Of a stretch of 64,000 nucleotides of DNA, positions 59,270-64,000 are shown in pieces; positions within the stretch are counted from its first letter, which is position 1; each line of letters opens with the position of its first letter. Origin of the DNA: Octopus sinensis (lineage: Eukaryota); contig NC_043024.1 in assembly GCF_006345805.1 (NCBI RefSeq), positions 14,570,001 through 14,634,000 on the forward strand. Reading direction: 5' to 3'. The notes below the pieces were generated by a model. That model did no database searches and was not told the DNA's origin. It was given only the letters and a program-made list of their open reading frames with translations. Made by a program: the position numbers and the translations under genes.

Positions 59270-60126
59270 TTCAATACTTGTGGAAATATTCTGATATTCA
59301 CCCAAGTATTCAATTTTTAAAGTTATAATAGAAAACATTTAAAATTTTTTTATGAATACAAAAATCATATACATATAGGCGCAGGAGTGGCTGTGTGGTA
59401 AGTAGCTTGTTTACCAGCCAGATGGTCCCGGGTTCAGTCCCACTGCGTGGCACCTTGGGCAAGTGTCTTCTACTATAGCCCCAGGCCGACCAAAGCCTTG
59501 TGAGTGGATTTGGTAGACGGAAACTGAAAGAAGCCCGTCATATATATGTTTATATATACATACATGCGTGTGTGTGTTTGTGTGTCTGTGTTTGTCCCCC
59601 TAGCATTGCTTGACAACCGATGCTGGTGTGTTTATGTCTCCGTTACTTAGTGGTTCGGCAAAAGAGACCAATAGAATAAGTACTGGGCTTACAAGAGGAT
59701 AAGTCCCGGTGTCGAGTTGCTCAATTAAAGGTGGTGCTCAAGCATGGCCGCAGTCAGCTGACTGAAACAAGTAAAAGAGTATAAGAGTATTTGTAAGTGA
59801 TTAATAAAGAGAAATGCTTTTTTTCCCCATTCATAAATTTCTAGTACATATATTCAGATATTTAACAACAAAACAATAATTTCTGTTTCATTCCTCTTTA
59901 CAATGCATAGTCCTACTAGTTTGGTCTGCAAATCTTGAAAAAAATCTCTAAATAAATATGATATATTCTTTTCTAAATCACTGTTATTTATTTAATTAAG
60001 TCATACATATGACATATTGAAGAATAGTATTTGTTATTAACACTCTTCAAAAACAACATATGATGCAAATAAATTGCCATTTTCTTGCAGTACCAACAAT
60101 ATCTGGAATATCTCTCACTCCATCAG
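1508..60126 (+). CDS. Partial micro-exon gene encoding a Ser/Thr/Pro/Gly-rich mucin-like repeat region (24 well-supported exons, 834 nt; start and stop outside window)
   Basis: 24 segments of 36 or 30 nt, each YAG-preceded and GT-followed, all phase 1-1, none with a stop or indel. Joined in order: ([24 protein letters not shown])x4 [182 protein letters not shown] (first residue assumes an upstream G). No transcript evidence available. Confidence 0.8.
2435..2470 (+). CDS. Micro-exon family B ([12 protein letters not shown])
   Basis: gctattttcttgcAG|GACCAAGTGTATCTGGCATATCTCTCACTCCATCAG|GTaagt; 36 nt, consensus donor. Confidence 0.85.
2590..2960 (-). mobile_element. HERO-like (RLE-endonuclease) non-LTR retrotransposon 3' fragment; also about 5825-6195, 9081-9450, 12333-12703
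   Basis: Reverse complement of the + strand copy at 18405-18819; ends at the same ...GCAAGACAT terminus. Confidence 0.7.
2970..3215 (-). mobile_element. Decayed RTE-type LINE fragment (once per tandem unit)
   Basis: Minus frame [30 protein letters not shown] aligns by eye to the RTE-like ORF at 19893-20273. Confidence 0.55.
4744..4779 (+). CDS. Micro-exon family A, tandem unit 2
   Basis: Identical to 1508-1543, same splice sites. Confidence 0.8.
5670..5705 (+). CDS. Micro-exon family B, tandem unit 2
   Basis: Identical to 2435-2470, AG/GTAAGT. Confidence 0.85.
8002..8037 (+). CDS. Micro-exon family A, tandem unit 3
   Basis: Identical to 1508-1543. Confidence 0.8.
8926..8961 (+). CDS. Micro-exon family B, tandem unit 3
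   Basis: Identical to 2435-2470. Confidence 0.85.
11254..11289 (+). CDS. Micro-exon family A, tandem unit 4
   Basis: Identical to 1508-1543. Confidence 0.8.
12178..12213 (+). CDS. Micro-exon family B, tandem unit 4
   Basis: Identical to 2435-2470. Confidence 0.85.
13320..13357 (-). ncRNA. Minimal (Penelope-type) hammerhead-like motif in a 230-bp repeat; decayed copies near 414-452, 3.6 kb, 6.85 kb, 10083-10120, 17595-17632
   Basis: Minus strand TCTTT-CTGTCGA-A-GAGC-GTAG-GCTC-GAAA-TG-TA-AAAGA: stem I, CUGANGA-like core (A6>U), stem II hairpin, GAAA, UH site. Confidence 0.5.
14807..14990 (+). mobile_element. Mariner left-end fragment
   Basis: TA-TTGGGTTGTCCGGAAAG TIR, same family as 15121-15686, truncated. 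Confidence 0.8.
15121..15686 (+). mobile_element. Internally deleted mariner (about 560 bp)
   Basis: TA-flanked TIRs TTGGGTTGTCCGG...CCGGACAACCCAA; transposase C-terminus [16 protein letters not shown]. Confidence 0.92.
15986..16015 (+). CDS. Micro-exon family C ([10 protein letters not shown])
   Basis: tttcaatcttttacAG|GTACAACTGGTCCATCTGTTTCCTTCACAG|GTatat; 30 nt, phase 1-1, S/T/P/G content like the other families. Confidence 0.65.
17907..17942 (+). CDS. Micro-exon family A variant ([12 protein letters not shown])
   Basis: 36 nt, AG/GTTTGT; 2 synonymous changes (ACA>ACT, GTC>GTT) and 1 T>A relative to tandem copies. Confidence 0.8.
18405..18819 (+). mobile_element. HERO-like non-LTR retrotransposon 3' end; also 27690-28103 and 44786-45200
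   Basis: Translates [26 protein letters not shown]...[14 protein letters not shown]...*, resembling the C-terminus of HERO/NeSL-type RLE elements, followed by 3' UTR. Confidence 0.75.
19570..20340 (-). mobile_element. RTE-type LINE 3' fragment
   Basis: ORF 19893-20273 [18 protein letters not shown]...RRLSWYDHM is typical of the post-RT region of RTE LINEs; related fragment at 43060-43350 on +. Confidence 0.8.
20429..20449 (+). pseudogene. Family F paralog with dead donor
   Basis: Same 21 nt as 46384-46404, preceded by caacAG but followed by CTaaga instead of GTaaga. Confidence 0.35.
20698..21719 (-). mobile_element. Non-autonomous Helitron-like element enclosing micro-exon D (21305)
   Basis: Minus strand begins A|TCTTTATATATAAAACTG and ends with hairpin GCCCG-AGCAATGC-CGGGC then CTAG|T; flanks are contiguous in the paralog near 46645. 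Confidence 0.7.
21305..21340 (+). CDS. Micro-exon family D ([12 protein letters not shown])
   Basis: atactttattgcAG|CACCCAGATTAGCTGGCCCATCGATTACTCCAACAG|GTaaga; 36 nt. Confidence 0.75.
22091..22272. repeat. (AAT)n/(GAT) microsatellite
   Basis: Direct reading; source of the poly-Ile ORFs. Similar (ATT)n at about 43500-43550. Confidence 0.97.
22332..22569. repeat. Inverted repeat, arms about 97 bp, spacer about 45 bp
   Basis: 22332-22428 is the reverse complement of about 22473-22569; embedded between AAT tracts. Confidence 0.9.
23246..24551 (+). mobile_element. Tc1-like deletion derivative with nested SINE and fold-back
   Basis: TA-CACTGGCGAAAATAAATTTAAGACCGATG...CATCGGTCTTAAATTTATTTTCGCCAGTG-TA; remnant [16 protein letters not shown]. 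Confidence 0.88.
24041..24467. repeat. Near-perfect fold-back element (arms 173/174 bp, spacer 80 bp)
   Basis: 24041-24213 vs 24294-24467: one mismatch and one 1-nt indel by eye. Confidence 0.93.
25080..25115 (+). CDS. Micro-exon family D ([12 protein letters not shown])
   Basis: tactttattgcAG|TCCCCAGAATAACTGGCCCATCTGGTACTCCAAATG|GTaagt; 36 nt. Confidence 0.8.
26677..26937. repeat. Fold-back MITE-like element (arms about 100 bp)
   Basis: TATATATTAGAAGAAAAGAGGTACTCAGAAATC... mirrored by ...GATTTCTGAGTACCTCATTTCTTCTAATATATA. Confidence 0.88.
27071..27106 (+). CDS. Micro-exon family A variant ([12 protein letters not shown])
   Basis: ttttttctgtcttccAG|CTTCAAGCATAGCTATTCCAACAGTCTCTTCAGCAG|GTttgt; acceptor region remodelled but still pyrimidine-rich. 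Confidence 0.75.
28221..28442. mobile_element. piggyBac-type MITE (222 bp); second copy 45318-45539
   Basis: TTAA-CCCTTTTGTTACC...GGTAACAAAAGGG-TTAA. Confidence 0.9.
29915..30170. mobile_element. SINE family 3 (GAAAGGATGAAAGGCAAAGT core); also 35510-35905 (two) and 51640-51875
   Basis: Dispersed copies of about 250 bp; reverse strand carries tRNA-like A and B boxes. Confidence 0.7.
30540..30902 (-). mobile_element. Helitron-like 5' fragment upstream of exon D (30965)
   Basis: Minus strand begins A|TCTCTTATAATAAATGTGAAAATCC; absent from the paralogous D cassette at 25.0 kb; left boundary approximate. Confidence 0.45.
30965..31000 (+). CDS. Micro-exon family D ([12 protein letters not shown])
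   Basis: gctttattgcAG|TACCCAGAATAACTGGCCCATCTGGTACTCCAACAG|GTaagt; 36 nt. Confidence 0.8.
32187..32216 (+). CDS. Micro-exon family E ([10 protein letters not shown])
   Basis: ttattctttgattacAG|GTTTCACTGCTTCAAAAGGTTTTCAAACTG|GTatgg; 30 nt, phase 1-1. Confidence 0.7.
32486..32867 (+). mobile_element. tRNA-derived SINE family 1, full-length; other copies in each tandem unit and at 14460(-), 16447, 23470(-), 25265(-), 31150(-), 41036-41416(-), 47040(-), 53134-53489
   Basis: GGAGGCGCAATGGCCCAGTGG...GGTTTCGATTCCC head; TSD TACATGCATTGTT. Confidence 0.9.
33470..34070 (-). mobile_element. Second, divergent HERO-like element 3' end
   Basis: Minus frame [33 protein letters not shown] parallels [14 protein letters not shown]; part of its downstream region recurs inverted at about 62250-62390. 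Confidence 0.6.
34282..34317 (+). CDS. Micro-exon family B variant ([12 protein letters not shown])
   Basis: gccattttcttgcAG|GAACAACAACATCTGGCATATCTCTTACTCCATCAA|GTaagt; 36 nt. Confidence 0.75.
34469..34895 (+). mobile_element. tRNA-derived SINE family 2 with internal (TA)n(TG)n; also 20790-21135, 26240-26643(-), 28715-29126(-), 29490-29908(-), 40026-40410, 49405-50160, 52398-52821, 59378-59789
   Basis: GCAGGAGTGGCTGTGTGGTAAG...GGTTCAGTCCC head and GAAACAAGTAAAAGAG tail shared by all copies. Confidence 0.9.
35319..38899 (-). mobile_element. Decayed Gypsy-type LTR retrotransposon with internal inversion
   Basis: 5-bp TSD AAATC on both sides; LTRs TGTGATA...AACA (38899-38653 and 36090-35319, the latter interrupted); PBS-like TGGCGACAAG at 38650-38641; integrase ([21 protein letters not shown]) on minus; RT ([19 protein letters not shown]) on plus. 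Confidence 0.85.
37836..38337. mobile_element. Tc2/pogo-like MITE inserted in the Gypsy RT
   Basis: TA-CCATAAGTCCTCGAGTATAG...TTATACTCAAAGATTTCCGG-TA; removing it restores GTT AGG ATA TAC CAA GAT GAT (VRIYQDD). Confidence 0.8.
39329..39358 (+). CDS. Micro-exon family E ([10 protein letters not shown])
   Basis: Identical to 32187-32216, AG/GTATGG. Confidence 0.7.
39628..39657 (+). CDS. Micro-exon family E variant ([10 protein letters not shown])
   Basis: 30 nt, AG/GTATGA; local tandem copy 299 nt downstream of the previous E cassette. Confidence 0.7.
41532..41561 (+). CDS. Diverged family C micro-exon candidate ([10 protein letters not shown]), weak donor
   Basis: aagttttacAG|TAGTAATTGGTCCATCTGTTTCTTCCCAAT|GTatat; homologous to 15986 including upstream flank; could be a pseudo-exon. 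Confidence 0.4.
41726..41755 (+). CDS. Diverged family E micro-exon candidate ([10 protein letters not shown])
   Basis: attctttgattgaAG|AGATAACTGGTTCTAAAGACCCTAAAACTG|GTttag; length, AG and GT kept, flanks homologous to E cassettes; AAG acceptor is weak. Confidence 0.45.
41860..42283. repeat. Fold-back element (arms about 180 bp); related half copy at about 60360-60560
   Basis: TATACATAAATATGAAAGAGTGACC...TAAATGCA mirrored by TGCATTTAC...GGTCGCTCTCTCATATTTATGTATA. Confidence 0.9.
43724..43759 (+). CDS. Micro-exon family A variant ([12 protein letters not shown])
   Basis: 36 nt, ttctcttttgcAG / GTttgt. Confidence 0.8.
43934..44487 (-). mobile_element. Internally deleted mariner, same derivative as 15121
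   Basis: TA-flanked TIRs; minus-strand [13 protein letters not shown]. Confidence 0.9.
45811..46140 (+). mobile_element. Repeat family with (CAT)n end and CTGGATGCCCTTCCTAACGCCAACCAC core (RTE-tail-like); minus copies at about 1990-2145 in each unit, 47820-48060, 50290-50900
   Basis: Multiple dispersed, internally repetitive copies; LINE affiliation is inferred. Confidence 0.7.
46384..46404 (+). CDS. Candidate 21-nt micro-exon, family F (VQGFIYK)
   Basis: gatttccctattctctcagcAG|TTCAGGGGTTCATTTATAAAT|GTaaga; phase 1-1 and stop-free, but composition unlike the other exons. Confidence 0.35.
46856..46891 (+). CDS. Micro-exon family D ([12 protein letters not shown])
   Basis: tactttattgcAG|CCCCCAGAATAGCTGGACCATCTGTTACTCCAACAG|GTaagt; 36 nt. 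Confidence 0.8.
47494..47518 (+). pseudogene. Truncated family E exon remnant
   Basis: GGTTCAAAAGGTCTTCAAACTG|GTATGG retained, but a deletion removed the native acceptor and first codons; 25 nt from the nearest AG would shift frame. Confidence 0.6.
48070..49221 (+). mobile_element. Near full-length decayed mariner transposase, parent-like for the 560-bp derivatives
   Basis: [27 protein letters not shown] motifs across frameshifts; right end resembles the TIR region; left boundary approximate. Confidence 0.85.
50188..52151 (-). mobile_element. Third mariner family, fragmented by nested insertions
   Basis: TIR pair TGAGGGGGTACCCAAAAG / CTTTTGAGTATCTCTTCA with TA flanks; minus ORF ...[20 protein letters not shown]. 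Confidence 0.7.
50997..51217. mobile_element. piggyBac-type MITE, second family
   Basis: TTAA-CCCTTTAG...CTAAAGGG-TTAA. Confidence 0.8.
52211..52246 (+). CDS. Micro-exon family B variant ([12 protein letters not shown])
   Basis: gccattttcttgcAG|GACCAACAACATCTGGCATATCTCTTGCTCCATCAA|GTaagt; 36 nt. Confidence 0.75.
53637..54134. mobile_element. Palindromic element: two divergent tRNA-like heads, each arm with a hammerhead-like motif
   Basis: Arms mirror around about 53910; 15-bp direct repeat ATTGATGTTGCAATT at 53622 and 54135; single site in the paralog at about 38946. Confidence 0.85.
53716..53761 (-). ncRNA. Minimal hammerhead ribozyme-like motif (partner at 54041-54083 on + is damaged after GAAA)
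   Basis: Minus strand GACAC-CTGAAGA-A-GGCTG-GAGGGTATAT-TAGCC-GAAA-CG-TT-GTGTT. Confidence 0.6.
54515..54544 (+). CDS. Micro-exon family E ([10 protein letters not shown])
   Basis: Identical to 32187-32216, AG/GTATGG. Confidence 0.7.
54613..55178 (-). mobile_element. Internally deleted mariner, same derivative as 15121
   Basis: TA-flanked TIRs; ORF 54686-54958 [16 protein letters not shown]. Confidence 0.92.
55649..55684 (+). CDS. Micro-exon family B variant ([12 protein letters not shown])
   Basis: gccattttcttgcAG|GATCAACAATATCTGGAATATCTCTCACTCCATCAG|GTaagc; 36 nt. Confidence 0.8.
56353..57672 (+). mobile_element. Full-length decayed mariner, second family (1.32 kb)
   Basis: TIRs CTGATCAATAAGTATCCGGAC / GTCCAGATACTTATTGATCAG, TA flanks; [35 protein letters not shown] with stops and frameshifts. 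Confidence 0.92.
57737..57960 (+). mobile_element. Helitron-like 5' fragment
   Basis: A|TCTTATATATA...AAAACTGAGAATATGTGTGTGTGTCTGT resembles the 5' end of the 21719 element; no 3' CTAG hairpin seen. Confidence 0.4.
59203..59270. repeat. (TC)n microsatellite; also (CA)n 17430-17490, (ATCT)n 17735-17790, (GT)n 34650-34690, (GAT)n 50870-50900 and many (TA)n
   Basis: Direct reading. Confidence 0.95.
60091..60126 (+). CDS. Micro-exon family B variant ([12 protein letters not shown])
   Basis: gccattttcttgcAG|TACCAACAATATCTGGAATATCTCTCACTCCATCAG|GTaagt; 36 nt. Confidence 0.8.
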
Positions 60127-60620
60127 GTAAGTAGAGTTCTACCGCATGTTTAGTGAATTGTAATTTGTTATTATATGACAGAATATTTAGTTATTCATGA
60201 AGTGGCTTGAAATAATTATGAATAACATATGAAGCTATTTCTCATCGGAAACATTCAACCTGGGTGGGTTTACTTGTGCTAAAATGCTTACATATCGAGT
60301 TGAAACTATATTATTATTCCTATATAAACTACCGTATATATATATATATATAAAAATAAATATAAGAGAATGGTCACTATGTGGCTCATTCTAGCACTAG
60401 AAAATCCAAAAGGTTTCAACCACAAAAATACATGTTTCCCGTGAAAGTCAGTACGATTGTTAGCTCACACGAACAGGGCAAATAAAAAATAACAAAAATA
60501 CAGATTATTTTGGGACAATTGTTTCGCTATTAATGAATTAAATGTAATTTTACTTACAAAAAACCCACTTGTAGCTCCTCGGCCAAAACTATCTGGATGA
60601 AATCCACTCAATCACACGCC

Positions 60621-60664
<44 letters not shown>

Positions 60665-60706
60665 GCACACACACACATATATATATTATATATATATATA
60701 TACACA

Positions 60707-61963
60707 CAGACATGCAGGAAGTAAAGAGACACCTTTAATTTTCAAAATCTTTCATTTAATATGCAAAGCAAACAATTGAAATGTAATCGATAGGTAGGAC
60801 TACATACTTTAGTATTTAGTTGACATTCCCTTTGCAGTTTTTAATTCAGAAACTCTTTTTGCCATTGAACTAATGAGCTTTGTGATTGTCTCTTGTGGAA
60901 TTTCTGCCCTCTTTTCATGCAACAATCGAAACAATTTATCTTTAGATTTATGTTACTGTCGAGTTTATCGTATTGCTCTATCTAGCATGCTCCAAACATT
61001 TTCAATTGGGTTCATGTCAGGAAATTGGCTCAGCCAAGGAAGCTTTTTGATCCCATTTTCAGTCAACCATTGTTGATTCCTTTTTGCTGTGTGGCATGGA
61101 GCCCCATCTTCCATGAATAAAAACTCATTTTTGTTATGTTATCGTGTGAATACATCGGAAGTATTCTTTGCTTAAGTATTTCGATGTATTTTTCAGAGTT
61201 TATGGTTCCAACACATTCAATCAGCTCAGAATGGACCATTGCTGGTGACAGCTTTCCATACCATTACAGAGATACCGCCATGTTTCACAGTTGGTTGGAG
61301 TCGTTTCAAATCAAATTCTGGATTGGGAAGCCTCCAGACCCAAACATGTCGACTGTCTGAAAGTAATGCAAATCTGGATTCATCTGAGAAAATCGCTGGA
61401 TTTTTCTGGCATCTCCTTAGCCCATTTCTTTCTTTCCATGATATTAATTGGTTGAAGGAGAGGTTTTCTTCTAGTTGCTCGTCCATAATACCCAAGCTTA
61501 TGCAGACATGTAACACACATTCTTGGACTAACTTCTAGCTGTTTTGCAATTTCAGAAGCCTTCAAACAGGGTTCATTTTCTACAATTCTCTTCAAACAGT
61601 GAAGCTTCCTTTTCCAAGGGCCCAGATCGGCTGGGACAAGAATCTATTGATTCTTTTCCTTGGCTTTTGAATTGCACTATAATTCTGTTAACAGTAGCAA
61701 GAGGAATTTGAAGATTTTCAGCAATTTTTCACTGGCTAAGACCAGCTTCAGATTGCCCAACAATACGACATCTTTGAAGATCTGACAGTTCTGCTGAATA
61801 TTTTGTGTGTGGCATGGTTATTCTTCGCAAATGTTTAATATCATGGCACCTGGAAGGAAAAAGAATAATTACATTGTAAATTCTACACCACTGAAAAGAT
61901 ATTAAGACGCTTAGATCAGAAATTTTGAAAATTAAAGGTGTCTATTTACTTCCTGCATGTCTG
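60707..61963 (-). mobile_element. Full-length decayed Tc1-like (DD34E) transposon
   Basis: TIRs CAGACATGCAGGAAGTAAA...TTTACTTCCTGCATGTCTG; minus strand FSDESRF, TVKHGG, EDGAPCHT, PDMNPIENVW. Confidence 0.92.
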
Positions 61964-62566
61964 TAATTTGAGAGAGGGAGAAAATGGAAGTGAATTAGGA
62001 TAACTTAGAAGCAACTTATGAAAGCAATTAACAGGGAAGATAAACAATCAGTCAGAGATTTCTGAAACAAATGCAACATAATAGATGTTGCGAATAATAT
62101 ATGAGTCATGGGATAAAATGAAACCCTCAACTTTGGTTAGTGCTTGGAAAAGCATATAGGCAGACTGTATCCATAACATTACAAATTTTCTCAATCACAA
62201 TTGTCAAATTCGAAAAGATATGATAAGTGAAGGCGCATGGCTCAGTGGTTAGAGTGCCCTGCCACATCAAAACGGTAGAGGAGTAGGGGCCAAAACCGGA
62301 CGTGGTTCCTCCTGATGATGTCTTGAGCTAACTGGATCCTATAAAGGAGCTGTTGTGGTAGCAGACCATGAAACATGGTTGAAATTCCTCCTACAAGTCC
62401 ATAGGAACACAGTCTCATTTGATAATATGATAATACATGCTGAATCTTGGCTGGCAGGAGACAATTTGATAATAATTTGTTCCAATCACTTCTTTCGTTT
62501 CTTATTAGTCAAATAGTTAACAAAATAACTGCATGATTAATCATCTGGTCAATTAATTATCTGATT

Positions 62567-63032
62567 TGTCAGAGTTCAGGTCTAACTTGCTGTGTTTTTG
62601 AGAGTAGTCGAGTGAGAATTCGCCATTGTGTTTGCCATTGAGAATTCATGGAAGAAGTTTCGTGGGAATATGTGGATTTCACAAGCGGTCCCCAACAATC
62701 CTGCATGTAGAGACATCCTGTTTGCCACAGATTGTCCGCAGACGCAGGGACAGAATGACTGAGGAGCCACCGGTTGCCGAAACAGACACCTCGAAGATTT
62801 TCACCAGAGCCCCTTCTGCCGGGTTGTGGCCCTAATATCACTCAGTGTCAGACCAATCCGCCTTGGGTGGCCCTACCAGGAACCAAAATTCCCAACGGCA
62901 TAGCTCTGACACTACCCGTTGCCAGTGTCCCTACCACGGTGAGGAGGGGATGGACTTTAGGGATGAAATCTAGAATGATGAAGGCATGTTTTTGATTTTA
63001 TGGCCTGGCAAACAACAAAAAACACTCTGACA
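62567..63032. mobile_element. Possible solo LTR
   Basis: GC-richer 466-bp island bounded by TGTCAGAGT...ACTCTGACA; no TSD found. Confidence 0.3.
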
Positions 63033-63491
63033 AGCGACATGAGTAATTGAATAATCAAACAATCAACCATGCATTTGATTAGCTAATTATTCAGATGATT
63101 AAGTTATTGACAAATAATAACAAAAAGAAGTGAATTAGGATGGGTACATATACCTTTCATTGCAAACTGACCCCTCATAAGAAAGAAAACCATCTGATTA
63201 AACTTGCAAAACAAATTCCCAAATAAAATACAAAAATGTGTGTGTGTGCACGTGTGTGTGTGTGCATGTGTGTCTTGCTCAAGATGAAGCTGAGAAGACC
63301 ATAGTTCAAATGAACACTCAACATACATATAGTTAGAGTGGGGGTATGTTTATCGGTAGCTAAGTAAAAACTCTGTGGAGAGCTCATTTACTTCACAGGT
63401 CCAATCGTAACCATAACCAGAGAAATTCTGATCATAAAGGATATAATCCTTGTGTACATATATATATATGTGCGTGCATGTGTGTGGTGTT

Positions 63492-63570
63492 GGCGGTTTA
63501 GCTTAAAGGTTTAGAGCACCGCGACACATAATCACGGAGGTGTGAGTTCAAGTCTCATAGCCAGCCACCA
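63492..63570 (+). tRNA. tRNA-Met(CAT)-like sequence, probably a pseudogene, ending in CCA
   Basis: Cloverleaf by eye: acceptor GGCGGTT/AGCC[A]GCC with a 1-nt bulge, D arm, anticodon stem CCGCGA/TCACGG with loop CACATAA, T arm GTGAG-TTCAAGT-CTCAT, then ACCA and T6 four nt later. Confidence 0.6.
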
Positions 63571-64000
63571 ACACTTTTTTCTGCAAAATAGGGGTAGCTT
63601 ATCCTGTTCAGGCTATATTATTAGCATTATCCTGCGTTTGAGAATTTAAAATCACTTCTTTAACTTTCTAAGACATCTCAACGCTTCTAAAGCAAACTTA
63701 GTTTGTTTGTTTACATTCATCATAATTTGAATTTTATATATTTATTTTTACGCTTTGGTTTTTCGCTGAATTTTTTTCTTGAGAACACATTCTCCATGGA
63801 AAATGGCTATGTTGATGTCTATATCTAGCATACAGGCTGTCCACTTTTAGTGGTCAATCCTCTAAATTTTGTGTGTATATATATATATATTATATATATA
63901 TATATATATATATCGTCACGTCATGTCACGTCACGTGACCGACCAGACCATCGCTGGTCACAATGCACTTCGCATTGTTTTAGCCTTCAAATGACGCCAC

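Noticed and set aside
1508-60126. Assigning a gene symbol (a specific mucin or proteoglycan)
   Set aside because: Only a low-complexity repeat region is visible; no signal peptide, folded domain or terminus lies in the window.
62569-62995. GC-richer ORFs near the right end as a host exon
   Set aside because: No recognisable domain or convincing splice context; more consistent with an LTR-like island.
1-64000. CRISPR array, rRNA or telomeric repeat
   Set aside because: No short repeat-spacer periodicity and no rRNA-like sequence; TTAGGG occurs only singly inside SINE heads.

Overview
This is AT-rich, repeat-saturated animal genomic DNA. The SINE and microsatellite landscape looks like an octopod cephalopod (recognised from memory, not verified). 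I found no conventional long exon, rRNA or CRISPR array, and the ORF track is TE fragments and noise. The main signal is absent from the ORF track: a + strand gene passes through the window as at least 24 (up to 27) micro-exons of 36 or 30 nt. Each is AG/GT-bounded, phase 1-1 and stop-free, and together they splice to about 278 aa of Ser/Thr/Pro/Gly-rich, mucin-like sequence. The exons fall into related families (A-E, possibly F) multiplied by nested duplications: about 0.3 kb, a recent array of at least 4.4 x 3.25 kb at the left edge, and an older block duplicated about 16.6 kb apart. Start and stop codons lie outside the window. The introns hold tRNA-derived SINEs, RTE and HERO-like LINE fragments, a rearranged Gypsy element, mariner/Tc1/pogo/piggyBac elements, Helitrons, several fold-back palindromes, Penelope-type minimal hammerhead motifs and a tRNA-Met(CAT)-like sequence ending in CCA.
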